Assembly: GCA_002841975.1 (NCBI GenBank)
Contig: PHBQ01000017.1
Span: 33,695-97,694 of the forward strand
From: Candidatus Cloacimonetes bacterium HGW-Cloacimonetes-1
GTDB taxonomy: Bacteria; Cloacimonadota; Cloacimonadia; Cloacimonadales; Cloacimonadaceae
Direction: 5' to 3'
Length of the DNA: 64,000 nt
Below the pieces are notes generated by a model that had not been told where the DNA came from, searched no databases, and saw nothing but the letters and a program-made list of their open reading frames with translations. The position numbers and the translations under genes are program-made. Shown one piece after another: positions 10,601-18,942 of this stretch (position 1 is its first letter; each line of letters begins with the position of its first letter).

Positions 10601-12442
10601 ACTGTGGTTCTCAACCTCACATTGCAACAAATGCCGGTTGTGAACGTAACAGGTACGATCCTTGCCAGCGACACCGGTGCCGGTCTTGCCGGAGCAGGAA
10701 TCCATTTAACAGGCTATGAAACCTATACTGTGACTACAAATACAGCTGGTCTATTCACTATTCCTGCCGTATATGCAAACAACGGATATAGCTATACCAT
10801 CGTCTGTCCCGGATACCAAAATGCCGGTGGTGACATCACTGTTGGCACCACTAACTATTCAATGGGCAATATCACTCTCAGTGAGGTCGCCTATGCACCC
10901 AGACATCTTACCGCTGCTATCAATGGAACCAACACTGTGGTAACAGTTGCGTGGGAAGCACCGGATCCTACAGCTTTGGATCTTTCCGAAGGTTTTGAAG
11001 CTGCCACCTTCCCTCCTGCAGAGTGGACTCGTACGGTTACAAACACCGGACCTGCAAATACTGCGGGCATATTCCCCACCTGGTGTAGCTTTGGTAATAT
11101 CTCCGTCGACGGCACTCCTGTAAACCCAACTGAAGGGTTCAAACAAGCCGGCTTATGGTGGAGCTACGACCATCAGGATGAATGGTTGATCACACCTCAA
11201 TTCAACTGCCCTCCTGCTGCATATCTGACATTTGATACCTATGCCACCCTGGGATCTGCCAACGGTGATCACTATTATGTCAAAGTCAGCAGCAACAACG
11301 GAACTAACTGGACAGTGCTGTGGGATGCTTCAGCTCAAACTGCAGGTAGCAACAATTACTCTGCACCTATATCGATAGACCTCTCCCTGTACGAAGGTCT
11401 CGCAATTAAAATTGCTTGGCATGCTGTGGATCCTCCATCAAATGATGGTCTCTGGAGCCCGTGGTTCATCGATAATGTCTATATTGGTAATGAAGTTACT
11501 TCACTCCAGTTTGCTACAGAATCTATGACAACACGTTCGGGATCACAAAGAAGTGATTTCAGAGCTCCAATACCTACAACCCACGCCTCACGTGCTGTAG
11601 AAATGGGACTTGCCAGAACTCCAAAATCAACCCCTGTATTGACAAATATGCGTGCTATCGCTCCAAACCCACGTTCCTTAACCGGATACAAGGTTTGGCG
11701 TTTGGTAGCTGGTCAAGAAGGTACAGAGGCTTCTTGGACACTGATCACTCCGCAAGCCGTTACTGTTCTCACAGCTAACGATGCCGGATGGGCAACCCTA
11801 GCTAATGGTACTTACCGTTGGGCAGTGAAAGCTGTCTACACGGGCAATGTACTTTCAGTGCCTGTCCTCTCGCTCCCCTTAGTGAAAGAAGTAGTCAATG
11901 GTAGTGTCGCAGGTGTATGCCGTAACCCTCAAAATCAACCTGTACCCGGTGTTACCATTACTGCCGGTGCATTCACCACCACTACCACCACCTCTGGTGC
12001 TTATAACCTCTCCTTGCCGGTTGGTACTTACACTGTACGTGCCGCCAAGAATGGCTATCTGAGCGTAGTGACCCCCAACGTAATAGTAAATGCCAGTGCC
12101 GTGACAACTCTGAACTTCACGATGGTCCCCGGCGTCGGAAACGACGATCAGTTGACCCCGATCGTAGCGACCGAGTTAAACGGCAACTATCCCAACCCCT
12201 TCAATCCTGAAACTACTATCAGTTATGCGATCAAAGACAGAACTAATGTCCGTCTTGAGATCTATAATACCAAAGGTCAATTGATCCGTACTCTGGTAAA
12301 TCAGGAACAGCCAACCGGACGCTATGACATCGTCTGGAACGGCAAGGATAACAATAACAATGCAGTGAGCAGCGGGATGTATTTCTACCGTATGAATGCC
12401 GGCAGCTATGCCAGCACTCGCAAAATGCTGCTAATGCAATAA
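4688..12442 (+). CDS. Giant secreted surface protein (2584 aa) with three tandem ~555-aa modules, CarboxypepD_reg-like and choice-of-anchor-J-like domains, and a T9SS C-terminal sorting domain
   Basis: One uninterrupted ORF. The signal peptide is MMRNKLVRIALTILFTLGVLSVFG. An AAGGAG Shine-Dalgarno sits at about 4678-4683, so ATG 4691 is the more likely start than GTG 4688. The C-terminus YPNPFNPETTISYAIKD...GMYFYRMNAGSYASTRKMLLMQ is a Por/T9SS sorting domain. Confidence 0.9.
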   Translation: MMRNKLVRIALTILFTLGVLSVFGQVSEYSFTQTAATYTELTAPTMLHDVNIDDAQSPVTNIGFSFLYDGVSYTQFKASSNGFVTLNATSTTSQSNVLSSQLLILGGFWDDLKTDATDSAVSYLLTGTAPNRILKVQYKNLKWYYNVSPVNLINFQIWLSEGTNTVKFVYGTMGTAPGTTASASIGISGGVAGQYLSLTPANPTATASSIAEFNTINATHVPFLTGKMYTFAPPVANQPPNPANVGAPANNATLVALATNLSWSSGGGLPTGYRLFFGTNNPPTNLVNGTDMGAVALYDPPTDLLPTTTYYWKVVPYNAIGNAANCPVWQFTTHGNPTVTTLPYNQNFDLVTAPAMPFDWTTIYESTSTAGYVKTVTTTPQSTPNCVGLANSADAAAIAMLVGPPLANTIAPNTTRVKFYAKGGANYLLSVGMMTNGSSAATFTEVQSITLTSTWTQYVVTFAGYTGTGRTIAFKHGLGGTYRTMYIDNVEIELISQNDLAVTDLTGNTTPSVNSATTYTASVFNWGSVAQSTYTVKLFNANNVQLATANGVTVAPGATVQVPISWTPTTQGPVTIYAKVVLTGDQNATNDQSPNLSISVMPAGMIVVTVGEGNLQEGIPLEFFYKNSLFETLYYQNEIGMYGNITTLSFYNNFATDLPNKPTKIWLGTTNEPDLSAGWILPPQLTLVYDGNVNYPSGENTITIPLQTVFPYTGGNLVLYANRPMDTVYFSSSDNFAAQTVGTNRARKLISDSTEYDPNAPSAAGTLSGTFPKTTFHMTPMGPNPIFSVNPPSKDFGTVLMNSTSNQTFTVTNAGGGTLTISNITIAGSPFFTLQSVPTMPVNLATAQTTTFVARYLPTAAGTHNATISITDNTTRVVRTVALTGTSINVNLNTLPYAQNFDAVTAPALPLDWNFIYQGTVTTGYVRTVTTTPQSTPNCVALYNSTDANANTMLIAPPLGTAFAPNTTRVKFYAKGIAGYTLSVGAMTNYLDAATYTQVQSIDLTNTWTQYVVSFAGYTGAGRHITFKHGLGGTSRTIYIDNVEIEVIPQNDLAVTALAGNVTPSNGSATTYTASVYNWGSVTQSTYSVKLYNSNNVQLATAAGTSVAAGATVQVPISWTPSAEGPVTIYAKVVLTGDQNTTNDQSPNLNITVMPSGMIVVTVGEGNLQEGIPVEMYYKNSLFETLYYPTEMGLFGNITALSFYNNFVTNLPNKPTKVWLGTTTQADLSAGWVPASQMTLVYNGNVNYPSGENTVIIPLQTPFTYTGGNLVMLVQRPMDTEYFSSSDNFAAQTVGTNRALKLYSDGTEYDPNAPTGGTLSGTFPKTTFHMTAIGPNPIYSVNPGSKNYGTVLLNSTSNQTFTVMNGGGGTLTISNITIAGSPFFTLQNVPTLPVNLATGQTMTFVGRYNPTAAGGPHTATITVTDNMARSGGREERTRLAHTIALTGNCIDTTINTLPYTQLFDAVTAPALPPDWGFLYQATTTAGYVRTVTTTPQSTPNCVALYNSTDANANVMLIAPPLGNSIAPNTTRVKFYAKGVAGYTLSVGMMTNYLDAATFAQVQSITLTSTWTQYVVTFAGYTGAGRYITFKHGLGGTSRTMYVDNVEIELTPQNDLAAISITGNQTPSNGMLSNYTVSVFNWGTNAQNTYTVKLFKQGDVEIGSVPGTNIAPGATVQVTVPWTPSAEGANTIYGKVVLAGDQNATNDQTSNLAVVVQPAGLLLITIGTGDLTEGIPLEFYYKNSLFETLYYPAELQNTIGTIYGLSFYNNFVTNLPAKPTKIWMGTTTNADLSAGWIPSTQLTLVYDGTINYPSGENTVYIPFQAPFLYLNGQNIVMMANRPMDTEYFSSSDNFLAQTVGTSRSINIYSDSTPYDPAAPPVPTATQITGKFPKTTFHIIPGGVGHLNGTILGVGGQPLAGVAVQFATGGYSTTTNAQGQYSIQNIIHETYQVSFSRYGYLTTTQTVVIPEDQTVVLNLTLQQMPVVNVTGTILASDTGAGLAGAGIHLTGYETYTVTTNTAGLFTIPAVYANNGYSYTIVCPGYQNAGGDITVGTTNYSMGNITLSEVAYAPRHLTAAINGTNTVVTVAWEAPDPTALDLSEGFEAATFPPAEWTRTVTNTGPANTAGIFPTWCSFGNISVDGTPVNPTEGFKQAGLWWSYDHQDEWLITPQFNCPPAAYLTFDTYATLGSANGDHYYVKVSSNNGTNWTVLWDASAQTAGSNNYSAPISIDLSLYEGLAIKIAWHAVDPPSNDGLWSPWFIDNVYIGNEVTSLQFATESMTTRSGSQRSDFRAPIPTTHASRAVEMGLARTPKSTPVLTNMRAIAPNPRSLTGYKVWRLVAGQEGTEASWTLITPQAVTVLTANDAGWATLANGTYRWAVKAVYTGNVLSVPVLSLPLVKEVVNGSVAGVCRNPQNQPVPGVTITAGAFTTTTTTSGAYNLSLPVGTYTVRAAKNGYLSVVTPNVIVNASAVTTLNFTMVPGVGNDDQLTPIVATELNGNYPNPFNPETTISYAIKDRTNVRLEIYNTKGQLIRTLVNQEQPTGRYDIVWNGKDNNNNAVSSGMYFYRMNAGSYASTRKMLLMQ
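5708..10377 (+). repeat. Three in-frame tandem repeats (units start at 5708, 7367 and 9053; the third is truncated near 10377) inside the giant surface protein gene
   Basis: Each unit begins TLPY(N/A/T)Q(N/L)FD.VTAPA.P.DW and contains TVTTTPQSTPNCV, NTTRVKFYAKG, FKHGLGGT.RT.Y.DNVEIE, VVLTGDQN.TNDQ and FPKTTFH. The periods are 1659 and 1686 nt. Units 2 and 3 share long near-identical nucleotide runs. Confidence 0.9.
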
Positions 12443-12487
12443 TAAATCACTCCCGGATTGTTCTGCAGTCCGGGATTTTCTTTCTCA

Positions 12488-12514
12488 GCCTCCGGAATCC
12501 CGGAGGCTTTTTTT
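12488..12514 (+). terminator. Rho-independent terminator after the giant surface protein gene
   Basis: gcctccgg-aatc-ccggaggc: an 8-bp GC-rich stem followed by ttttttt. Confidence 0.8.
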
Positions 12515-12680
12515 GTGGGAATATCCTTACGGGATTGATCGATTAACTGCATTTGATGCTACTTCTGCTTTGTTTTCAGCTCAATTGCAATAGTATATAA
12601 ACAGAATGTTCCAATCCGGAGCACAATTACGGTAAGCTCCGAGATTTGAGAGCATTCCATCCCACAAAGAAGGAAACATT

Positions 12681-13226
12681 ATGAAAATTTACCTGATATT
12701 AGCCTTATTACTTGTCGTTATGAGCGTTTTAGAAGCAAAGCGAGCACCCCTGAATACCGTTGAAAACGTAGATCTGGACCGTTATTTAGGCCGCTGGTTT
12801 CAGCTCGCTTATTTCCCCAATTCATTCCAGCCCAAAGGCGCTGCCGTTACTACTGCAGAATACTCGCTGGATCCCAAAGGTAATATTATCGTACACAACA
12901 CCAGCTGGGCAGATCCGGATATGAAAGGTGTGTACAAAGAGATTACCGGCAAGGCTTTTCGGGTCAAAGGCAGTACAGCAAAGCTGAGGGTACAGTTCTT
13001 CTGGCCCTTTAGGGGCGACTATTGGATCATCAGTCTGGATCAAAAAGACTACAGTTATGCAGTTGTGAGTGAGCCCAAACAGAAATATTTATGGATCTTG
13101 ACCAGAGAACAAAGTATGGATAGCGCTATTTACATTGAGATCCTTCGAGACCTGAAAAACAGAGGGTTTGACCTCAGTAAACTAGTAATAACGGGGAAGA
13201 TAGTAAAGAACAATCCAAAACGATAG
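12681..13226 (+). CDS. blc: Bacterial lipocalin (Blc-like outer membrane lipocalin)
   Basis: 181 aa. It has a signal peptide, then VDLDRYLGRWFQLAYFPNSFQ (lipocalin SCR1, G-x-W) and the KYLWILTR motif typical of Blc-type lipocalins. Confidence 0.85.
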   Translation: MKIYLILALLLVVMSVLEAKRAPLNTVENVDLDRYLGRWFQLAYFPNSFQPKGAAVTTAEYSLDPKGNIIVHNTSWADPDMKGVYKEITGKAFRVKGSTAKLRVQFFWPFRGDYWIISLDQKDYSYAVVSEPKQKYLWILTREQSMDSAIYIEILRDLKNRGFDLSKLVITGKIVKNNPKR

Positions 13227-13267
13227 ATAATTTAGTATTGAGCATTTAGCTGCCGCTTTGCCATTAT

Positions 13268-13392
13268 CAATCTCTCATGCCGACGTGGTGCTTCCCACGC
13301 GATTCCCTCGTCGCGACGAGGGCTTCACGAGGGGATCACGAGGGAAGCACCTGAGATTGAAGTAGGAGCGAATAGAGCTTCACCCGATTTGC
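13268..13392. repeat. Family A intergenic palindromic repeat, copy 2
   Basis: caatctctcatgccgacgtggtgcttcccacgcgattccctcgtcgcgacgagggcttcacgaggggatcacgagggaagcacctgagattgaagtaggagcgaat..., aligned by eye to copies 1, 3, 4 and 5. Confidence 0.75.
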
Positions 13393-13560
13393 CGACACCC
13401 CTTACAAAAGCCAACACATCAGATTGCCTCACACCATAATCGATGAAATTCCAGATGGGATGGCATGGGGGGAAGGCAGAGTGTATAGCAAACCTTGACA
13501 AAAATACAAGCCATGAATTCTAGTGAACGGTTAATTAACAGTTTTAATAGTGAGAGAAAA

Positions 13561-14205
13561 ATGGCGTTATTACTCAAGACAACCAAGTTTATCGAAACCC
13601 AAATAGACCAGTTTCTGGATGTAGTCAGCGATGCTGCCTTATTGTTTCAATTGGCCATGGAAGACTACTTGATGGGAAGAAACAGCCAATTTGAAGAACG
13701 GCTGGCTCAGATCCGGGAACGGGAACAAAAAGCCGACGATTTACGAGTGGCAATCGAAAGGTATCTGTATGAACGGACCCTGATCCCGGAGAATCGCGGA
13801 GATGTATTGGCCATTTTGGAAAATACCGATGAAGTGATCGACAATATCAAGGATTCACTCCTGCAGTTTTCGATCGAAATGCCCGTCATCAATCCTGAAC
13901 TAAATGACCTGTGGATGCAGACTACGCGTGCTTCGGTCTCTGCCGTGGAACAGCTGGTGAGTGCCGTGCGTTCCTTTTTCCAAGATCTGCCTGCAGTGAA
14001 CAATTATATTCACAAAGTCTATTTCTTTGAGCGAGAAGCCGATCAATTGGGTGAAAAACTCAGACGTTTGATCTTTAGTTTGGATATTGAGCTTTCTCGC
14101 AAAAGCCAATTACGCTTTTTTGCCATTCATATCGAGAAGATCTCGGATTATGCTCAAGCCGTGTGTGACCGTCTGGCAATTTATACGATCAAAAGACAGT
14201 TGTAA
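13561..14205 (+). CDS. DUF47 / PhoU-like phosphate transport regulator (TIGR00153-type partner of PiT)
   Basis: All-helical ~215-aa protein lying directly upstream of a PiT transporter, which is the classic pairing. The track starts at TTG 13495. ATG 13561 (MALLLKTTKF) gives the usual family length, so it is preferred. Confidence 0.75.
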   Translation: MALLLKTTKFIETQIDQFLDVVSDAALLFQLAMEDYLMGRNSQFEERLAQIREREQKADDLRVAIERYLYERTLIPENRGDVLAILENTDEVIDNIKDSLLQFSIEMPVINPELNDLWMQTTRASVSAVEQLVSAVRSFFQDLPAVNNYIHKVYFFEREADQLGEKLRRLIFSLDIELSRKSQLRFFAIHIEKISDYAQAVCDRLAIYTIKRQL

Positions 14206-14232
14206 CATCACTCACAAGGATATTGACTGAAT

Positions 14233-15723
14233 ATGATATTTATCTATCTGCTGAGTGGTTTATTTTTGGGCTGGTCTCTGGGTGCCAATGACACAGGCAA
14301 CATCTTTGGTGCTGCGGTGGAGACGCGCATGTTGCGTTTCAAACAAGCCGCCCTGATTGCAGCTATTTTTATTACCCTGGGAGCAATGATCGAGGGTAGC
14401 GGACCTTCCGGTACTTTGGGACGCCTGGGTTCTGTCGATGCCTTGGGTGGAGCCTTTACTGTGGCCCTGGCTGCTGCTGCTGCCATCACCGTGATGATCC
14501 GGATCCGAATTCCGGTTTCCACTTCCCAGACCATCGTAGGTGCCCTGATCGGGTGGAATTATTTCTGTGGCAGGCTGACAGATTTCCGCTCTTTGGTCAC
14601 CATTGCCTCCAGTTGGGTAGTAGCCTTTGTGCTCTCCGGTGTGATTGCTGCCGTCATATTCGTACTATTCAATAGCTATCTCAAACGCGCCAAAATCCAT
14701 CTTTTGGAACTGGACGCCTACACCCGTTGGGGCTTGATCGTGGTGGGAGCCTTTGGAGCTTATAGTCTGGGCGCCAACAATATCGCCAATGTCGTCGGCG
14801 TATTTGTCCCGGTCTCTTCTTTTAAAGACCTCAATATCGGCAGTCTATTTGTCTTTGGAGGCATTTCTCAGCTTTACTTCATGGGTGCTCTGGCAATTGT
14901 GGCAGGTATCTACACCTATTCACACAAAGTAATGCGAACCATCGGCAAAGACCTCTTCCACCTCTCTCCCTTGACTGCCTTGATCGCAGTTTTGGCAGAG
15001 GCGATTGTGCTCTTCCTTTTTGCGTCACGCGGGCTTTACAATTTGCTGCTGAATGCCGGATTACCTACTATCCCGTTGGTGCCGGTTTCATCCTCACAAG
15101 TCATCGTGGGAGCCGTGGTTGGGATTGGCTTGGTCAAAGGTGGCAAAAACCTCAAATACAACATCCTTGGCAAGATTTCACTGGCCTGGGTCATCGCTCC
15201 GGTGATGGCATTCTTCTTCTCTTTTATAGCCCTCTTTATCATCCAAAATGTGTTTGAACAAACCGTCTATCAGAACATAGAATACACTTTCAACAACAAA
15301 ACCATGAACAAAATCAAAGAACTGGGCTATGACACCGATGGTCTCTCCATGGTAAATGGACGCATGCTGGAAAATGAACGGGCAGTATATTCACAGCTCA
15401 CCCGCACCAAGGAATACAACAAAGCCCAGATCATGGAGATCATCCGGATTACCGAGCTGTTTCCCATGGAGGTCGATCTCTCTATCCTGCGAACCAAGGG
15501 CTTGATCAAGCGATTTTCTAAGGAACGGATCAAATGCCTCGAAACACTTTCCGGTCATAAATACAAGCACAAATGGGAGCTGCAGGAGATCTTGACTGCT
15601 ATGCCCGAGTGGAAGCTCTACGATAAACCCGAAAACGAGTTTCAAAAGAACCACAACAAGATCATCCGTGAACAATTAGCACTCCTGTACCGCAGTTTTA
15701 GCGTTCCGGGGGATAAAAAGTGA
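14233..15723 (+). CDS. pitA: Inorganic phosphate transporter, PiT family, with a ~150-aa hydrophilic C-terminal extension
   Basis: Duplicated PiT signature GANDTGNIFG and LGANNIANVVG, with multiple TM helices. The tail from about residue 340 (EQTVYQNIEY...SVPGDKK) is charged and non-membrane. Confidence 0.9.
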   Translation: MIFIYLLSGLFLGWSLGANDTGNIFGAAVETRMLRFKQAALIAAIFITLGAMIEGSGPSGTLGRLGSVDALGGAFTVALAAAAAITVMIRIRIPVSTSQTIVGALIGWNYFCGRLTDFRSLVTIASSWVVAFVLSGVIAAVIFVLFNSYLKRAKIHLLELDAYTRWGLIVVGAFGAYSLGANNIANVVGVFVPVSSFKDLNIGSLFVFGGISQLYFMGALAIVAGIYTYSHKVMRTIGKDLFHLSPLTALIAVLAEAIVLFLFASRGLYNLLLNAGLPTIPLVPVSSSQVIVGAVVGIGLVKGGKNLKYNILGKISLAWVIAPVMAFFFSFIALFIIQNVFEQTVYQNIEYTFNNKTMNKIKELGYDTDGLSMVNGRMLENERAVYSQLTRTKEYNKAQIMEIIRITELFPMEVDLSILRTKGLIKRFSKERIKCLETLSGHKYKHKWELQEILTAMPEWKLYDKPENEFQKNHNKIIREQLALLYRSFSVPGDKK

Positions 15724-16622
15724 GCCCATTTATTGAAAAGATAATACCCTTGATCCTGGCTTTCTTTATCGGGCTTCTGGCAAAACGACTCAAAATGCTG
15801 GATAAAAAAGATGCTCCGGTGATGCTGCGCCTGGTGCTTGCAATCACGCTGCCAGCCCTCACTATTCTCTCTATCTACAAAGCGGAACTGACTTTGAACA
15901 TGGCTTTTATCCCCGTCTCCGCAATGCTGATAGTCTTTATCATCTACTTTATCTCGTACCACGTCGGTAAATTGCTCAAACTGCCCCAAGGCACCTTTGG
16001 GAGTTTCCTGGTCGGTACTATGATCATGAATACCGCTTTTGTCCTGCCCTTCTTTTGGGCAGCTTACGAGAATGAAGGCCTGGTGAGAGCTTCCCTCTTT
16101 GATATTGGTAATAGCCTCTTGATCTTTACCTTCATCTACTACAATGCCATAAAATATGGGGATAATGCCAAGACCGACAAGATCGACTGGAGCAAGTTCC
16201 TGAAGCTTCCTCCTCTGTGGGGAATGATTATCGCTTTTGTGATCAAAGGTCTCGGAGTCACGATCCCCAATGCGGGATTGAACTTCCTGAGCCTGGTCGG
16301 ACAGCCCACCACTCCCCTGATCATGATAGCCTTGGGATTGTATTTTGAACCAAAGCTCAAAAACATCGGCTATGCCTCCCTCGCAATATTTATCCGTATG
16401 GGCGTGGGTCTTGCGATCGGATGGGGCTTGGCTACTCTATTTGGATTGCAAGGTATCTCCCGCACCGTCGTGATCGTCAGTGCTGCTGCACCTTGCGGGT
16501 TTAACACTTTGATTTTTGCCAATCTGGAGAATATGGATCGGGAGTTTGCCGCTACCATCGTCTCGATCTCGCTGCTGATAGCGCTCTTCTTTATCCCGCT
16601 GCTGATCTATCTCTGCGGCTGA
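15720..16622 (+). CDS. AEC (auxin efflux carrier) family transporter
   Basis: 300 aa with about 10 TM segments. The GTG start overlaps the PiT stop (gtga). The sequence style (MSPFIEKIIPLILAFFIGLLAKR...) is typical of PF03547 membrane transport proteins. Confidence 0.75.
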   Translation: MSPFIEKIIPLILAFFIGLLAKRLKMLDKKDAPVMLRLVLAITLPALTILSIYKAELTLNMAFIPVSAMLIVFIIYFISYHVGKLLKLPQGTFGSFLVGTMIMNTAFVLPFFWAAYENEGLVRASLFDIGNSLLIFTFIYYNAIKYGDNAKTDKIDWSKFLKLPPLWGMIIAFVIKGLGVTIPNAGLNFLSLVGQPTTPLIMIALGLYFEPKLKNIGYASLAIFIRMGVGLAIGWGLATLFGLQGISRTVVIVSAAAPCGFNTLIFANLENMDREFAATIVSISLLIALFFIPLLIYLCG

Positions 16623-16646
16623 TCTTCCGTCACTTTTCAGACAAAC

Positions 16647-16674
16647 AAAAAGCCCCGACAAGCGGGGCTTTTTC
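16647..16674. terminator. Bidirectional intrinsic terminator between the convergent AEC transporter and serS genes
   Basis: aaaaagccccg-acaag-cggggcttttt: a GC stem flanked by an A-run and a T-run. Confidence 0.75.
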
Positions 16675-16736
16675 ACAAGATCTATCCTCAGGAATATTGG
16701 GGCATAGAGCCCCTTCCATCTGAGGGTGGGGTAACA

Positions 16737-17996
16737 TTATACTTTGAGGTCAAACCACGGCCGCAGCACTTGCGGTACCCTGAAGCTGCCATCCGCATTT
16801 TGATATGTCTCGAGGATTGCGATCACGAGGCGCGGAGTAGCCACTCCGGAACCGTTCAGCGTATGTACAAAACGAACTTTCCCTTCACTATCGCGATAGC
16901 GGATATTGGCACGACGAGCTTGGAAATCCACGAAATTACTCACGGAAGATACTTCCAGATAGCGCTTGGCACCCGGAGCCCATACTTCGATATCATAGGT
17001 CTTGGCAGCAGCAAAACTGAGATCACCCGTGCAAAGCTCGACCACTCGATAGTGCAATCCAAAAGCTTGCAATATCTCTTCGGCATCAATCAGCATCTCT
17101 TCCAGGGCTGCATAGGATACTTCCGGCTCTACAAAACGTACCATCTCGACTTTGTTAAATTGGTGGAGACGTTGCAAACCTTTGGTATCTTTGCCATACG
17201 ATCCGGCTTCCCTACGAAAGCAAGGCGTGTATGCCACATACTTGATGGGCAATTGAGCAAGGGGCAGGATCTCGTCCATGTGCATATTGGTGACCGGAAC
17301 TTCGGCAGTAGGGATCAAAAACAGGTCGTCTTCGGTGCAGAGATACATGTCGTTTTCCAGTTTGGGCAGCTGGCCGGTGCCGGTCATGGCTTTACGATTT
17401 ACGATAAAGGGAGTCCCCAGTTCTTCATATCCATGCTTTTGCAAGTGATACTCGAGCATGAAGTTGATGACAGCGCGTTCCAGCTTGGCACCTTGACGGG
17501 TATAGACCGGGAAACCACTGCCTGTAATCTTGGCACCGCGTGCCATGTCCAGGAGATCGTTGGTCGTGGCTATCTCGATATGTTCTTTGGGCTCAAAGTC
17601 AAAGGCAGGAGGAGTTCCGTGCACTCGTATCTCTTTGTTCGATGCTTCGTCTCTACCGATCGGAACGCTCTCGAAGGGAACGTTTGGCACAGTAAGCAGG
17701 ATGGCTTCAAACTCGTTATTGATAGCCGTCAGTTCACTATTGATGACTTTGATCTCATCTGCCACGCCGCTCATTTGAGCGATCAAAGCTGTGGCATCTT
17801 CCTTGTTCTTTTTGTGTGCGGCTATTTGGCCGGACACTTGGTTTTGCAGGGCTTTCTTGTTATCAAACTCAAACTGGAGTTTGCGGCGTTTATCGTCGAT
17901 CATGAGTAGTTCGTCGATATCTGCCTTTTCATTTTTATTTGTAATTGCTGCCTTCACAAGGTCAGCGTTTTCGCGAATAAACCTGATGTCGATCAT
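16737..17996 (-). CDS. serS: Seryl-tRNA synthetase
   Basis: 419 aa. N-terminal coiled-coil arm (MIDIRFIRENADLVK...), class II core and motif 3 region TLNGSGVATPR. Confidence 0.95.
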   Translation of the reverse strand: MIDIRFIRENADLVKAAITNKNEKADIDELLMIDDKRRKLQFEFDNKKALQNQVSGQIAAHKKNKEDATALIAQMSGVADEIKVINSELTAINNEFEAILLTVPNVPFESVPIGRDEASNKEIRVHGTPPAFDFEPKEHIEIATTNDLLDMARGAKITGSGFPVYTRQGAKLERAVINFMLEYHLQKHGYEELGTPFIVNRKAMTGTGQLPKLENDMYLCTEDDLFLIPTAEVPVTNMHMDEILPLAQLPIKYVAYTPCFRREAGSYGKDTKGLQRLHQFNKVEMVRFVEPEVSYAALEEMLIDAEEILQAFGLHYRVVELCTGDLSFAAAKTYDIEVWAPGAKRYLEVSSVSNFVDFQARRANIRYRDSEGKVRFVHTLNGSGVATPRLVIAILETYQNADGSFRVPQVLRPWFDLKV

Positions 17997-18775
17997 TTAT
18001 CTCTCCGTGTATTCAATATCTCGTTTGCGGTGTTGATCATTGCTATAAACTGCTCCACGTTGAGGGATGCACCGCCGATCAAGCCACCGTCTATATCCTT
18101 CTGCATCAGCAGAGATCCGATGTTTTCCGGCTTAGCACTGCCACCATATAGCAGGTGAATATTTTCCGCCGCATCCTTGTCGTAATGATCAAAGATCCAG
18201 CTTCGGATCATGGCATGCACCGTCTGTGCCTGGTCCGGAGTCGCAGTCCTGCCGGTGCCGATAGCCCAAATAGGCTCATAGGCAATGATGAGGTCGCTGA
18301 TATCGGTAATGCCTTTGAGGCAGCCTTCCAGCTGAGCCACGATCACGGCATTGGTTTCGTTGGCATCACGCTGTGCCAGAGTTTCCCCTATACACAGGAT
18401 CGGTGTGATATTCTGTGCCCAGAGCTCGAGCATCTTAGCCCGTACAATATCGTCCGTTTCCGCATGATACTGACGGCGTTCCGAATGCCCCACAATGCAA
18501 ACTACTACACCCAATGAGGACAGCATAGATGCGGAAACTTCACCAGTGAACGCTCCATCTTTGTGCACACTCACATCCTGAGCTGCCACTTCCACCGGAG
18601 TATAAGTCAAAACATCGCTTGCACTTTGGAGAAAAGGATAGGGCGGAGCTACGATCACACCCACCATGTCGTCTTCATAATTGCTAAAATACTCGGCCAG
18701 AGTATTACAGAACTCATCGGTTGAAATCATATCCTTGTTCATCTTCCAGTTACCGGCTATTATGATATTTCGCAT
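17993..18775 (-). CDS. tpiA: Triosephosphate isomerase
   Basis: IIAGNWKMNK, VGHSERRQY and AYEPIWAIGTG signatures. It overlaps the serS start by 4 nt. Confidence 0.95.
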   Translation of the reverse strand: MRNIIIAGNWKMNKDMISTDEFCNTLAEYFSNYEDDMVGVIVAPPYPFLQSASDVLTYTPVEVAAQDVSVHKDGAFTGEVSASMLSSLGVVVCIVGHSERRQYHAETDDIVRAKMLELWAQNITPILCIGETLAQRDANETNAVIVAQLEGCLKGITDISDLIIAYEPIWAIGTGRTATPDQAQTVHAMIRSWIFDHYDKDAAENIHLLYGGSAKPENIGSLLMQKDIDGGLIGGASLNVEQFIAMINTANEILNTRRDK

Positions 18776-18942
18776 TGGTCACCTCATTTGTAATAGTTTA
18801 TTGTCCACAATAGGAAATCCGACCTTTAGTCAAGCAATTCTTTGCAATTGGTCTATACTCCATGTCATAGCAGAGTATAGATCTGCAGTTGAGTGCTGTG
18901 CCTAAAGACCGGTATGGATCGAACTCGAACTACGCTAAGTGT

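Noticed and set aside
16770-17909. 379-aa ORF on the plus strand
   Set aside because: It lies entirely antisense to the unambiguous serS gene. The sequence is low complexity with no recognisable motifs, so it is a shadow ORF.
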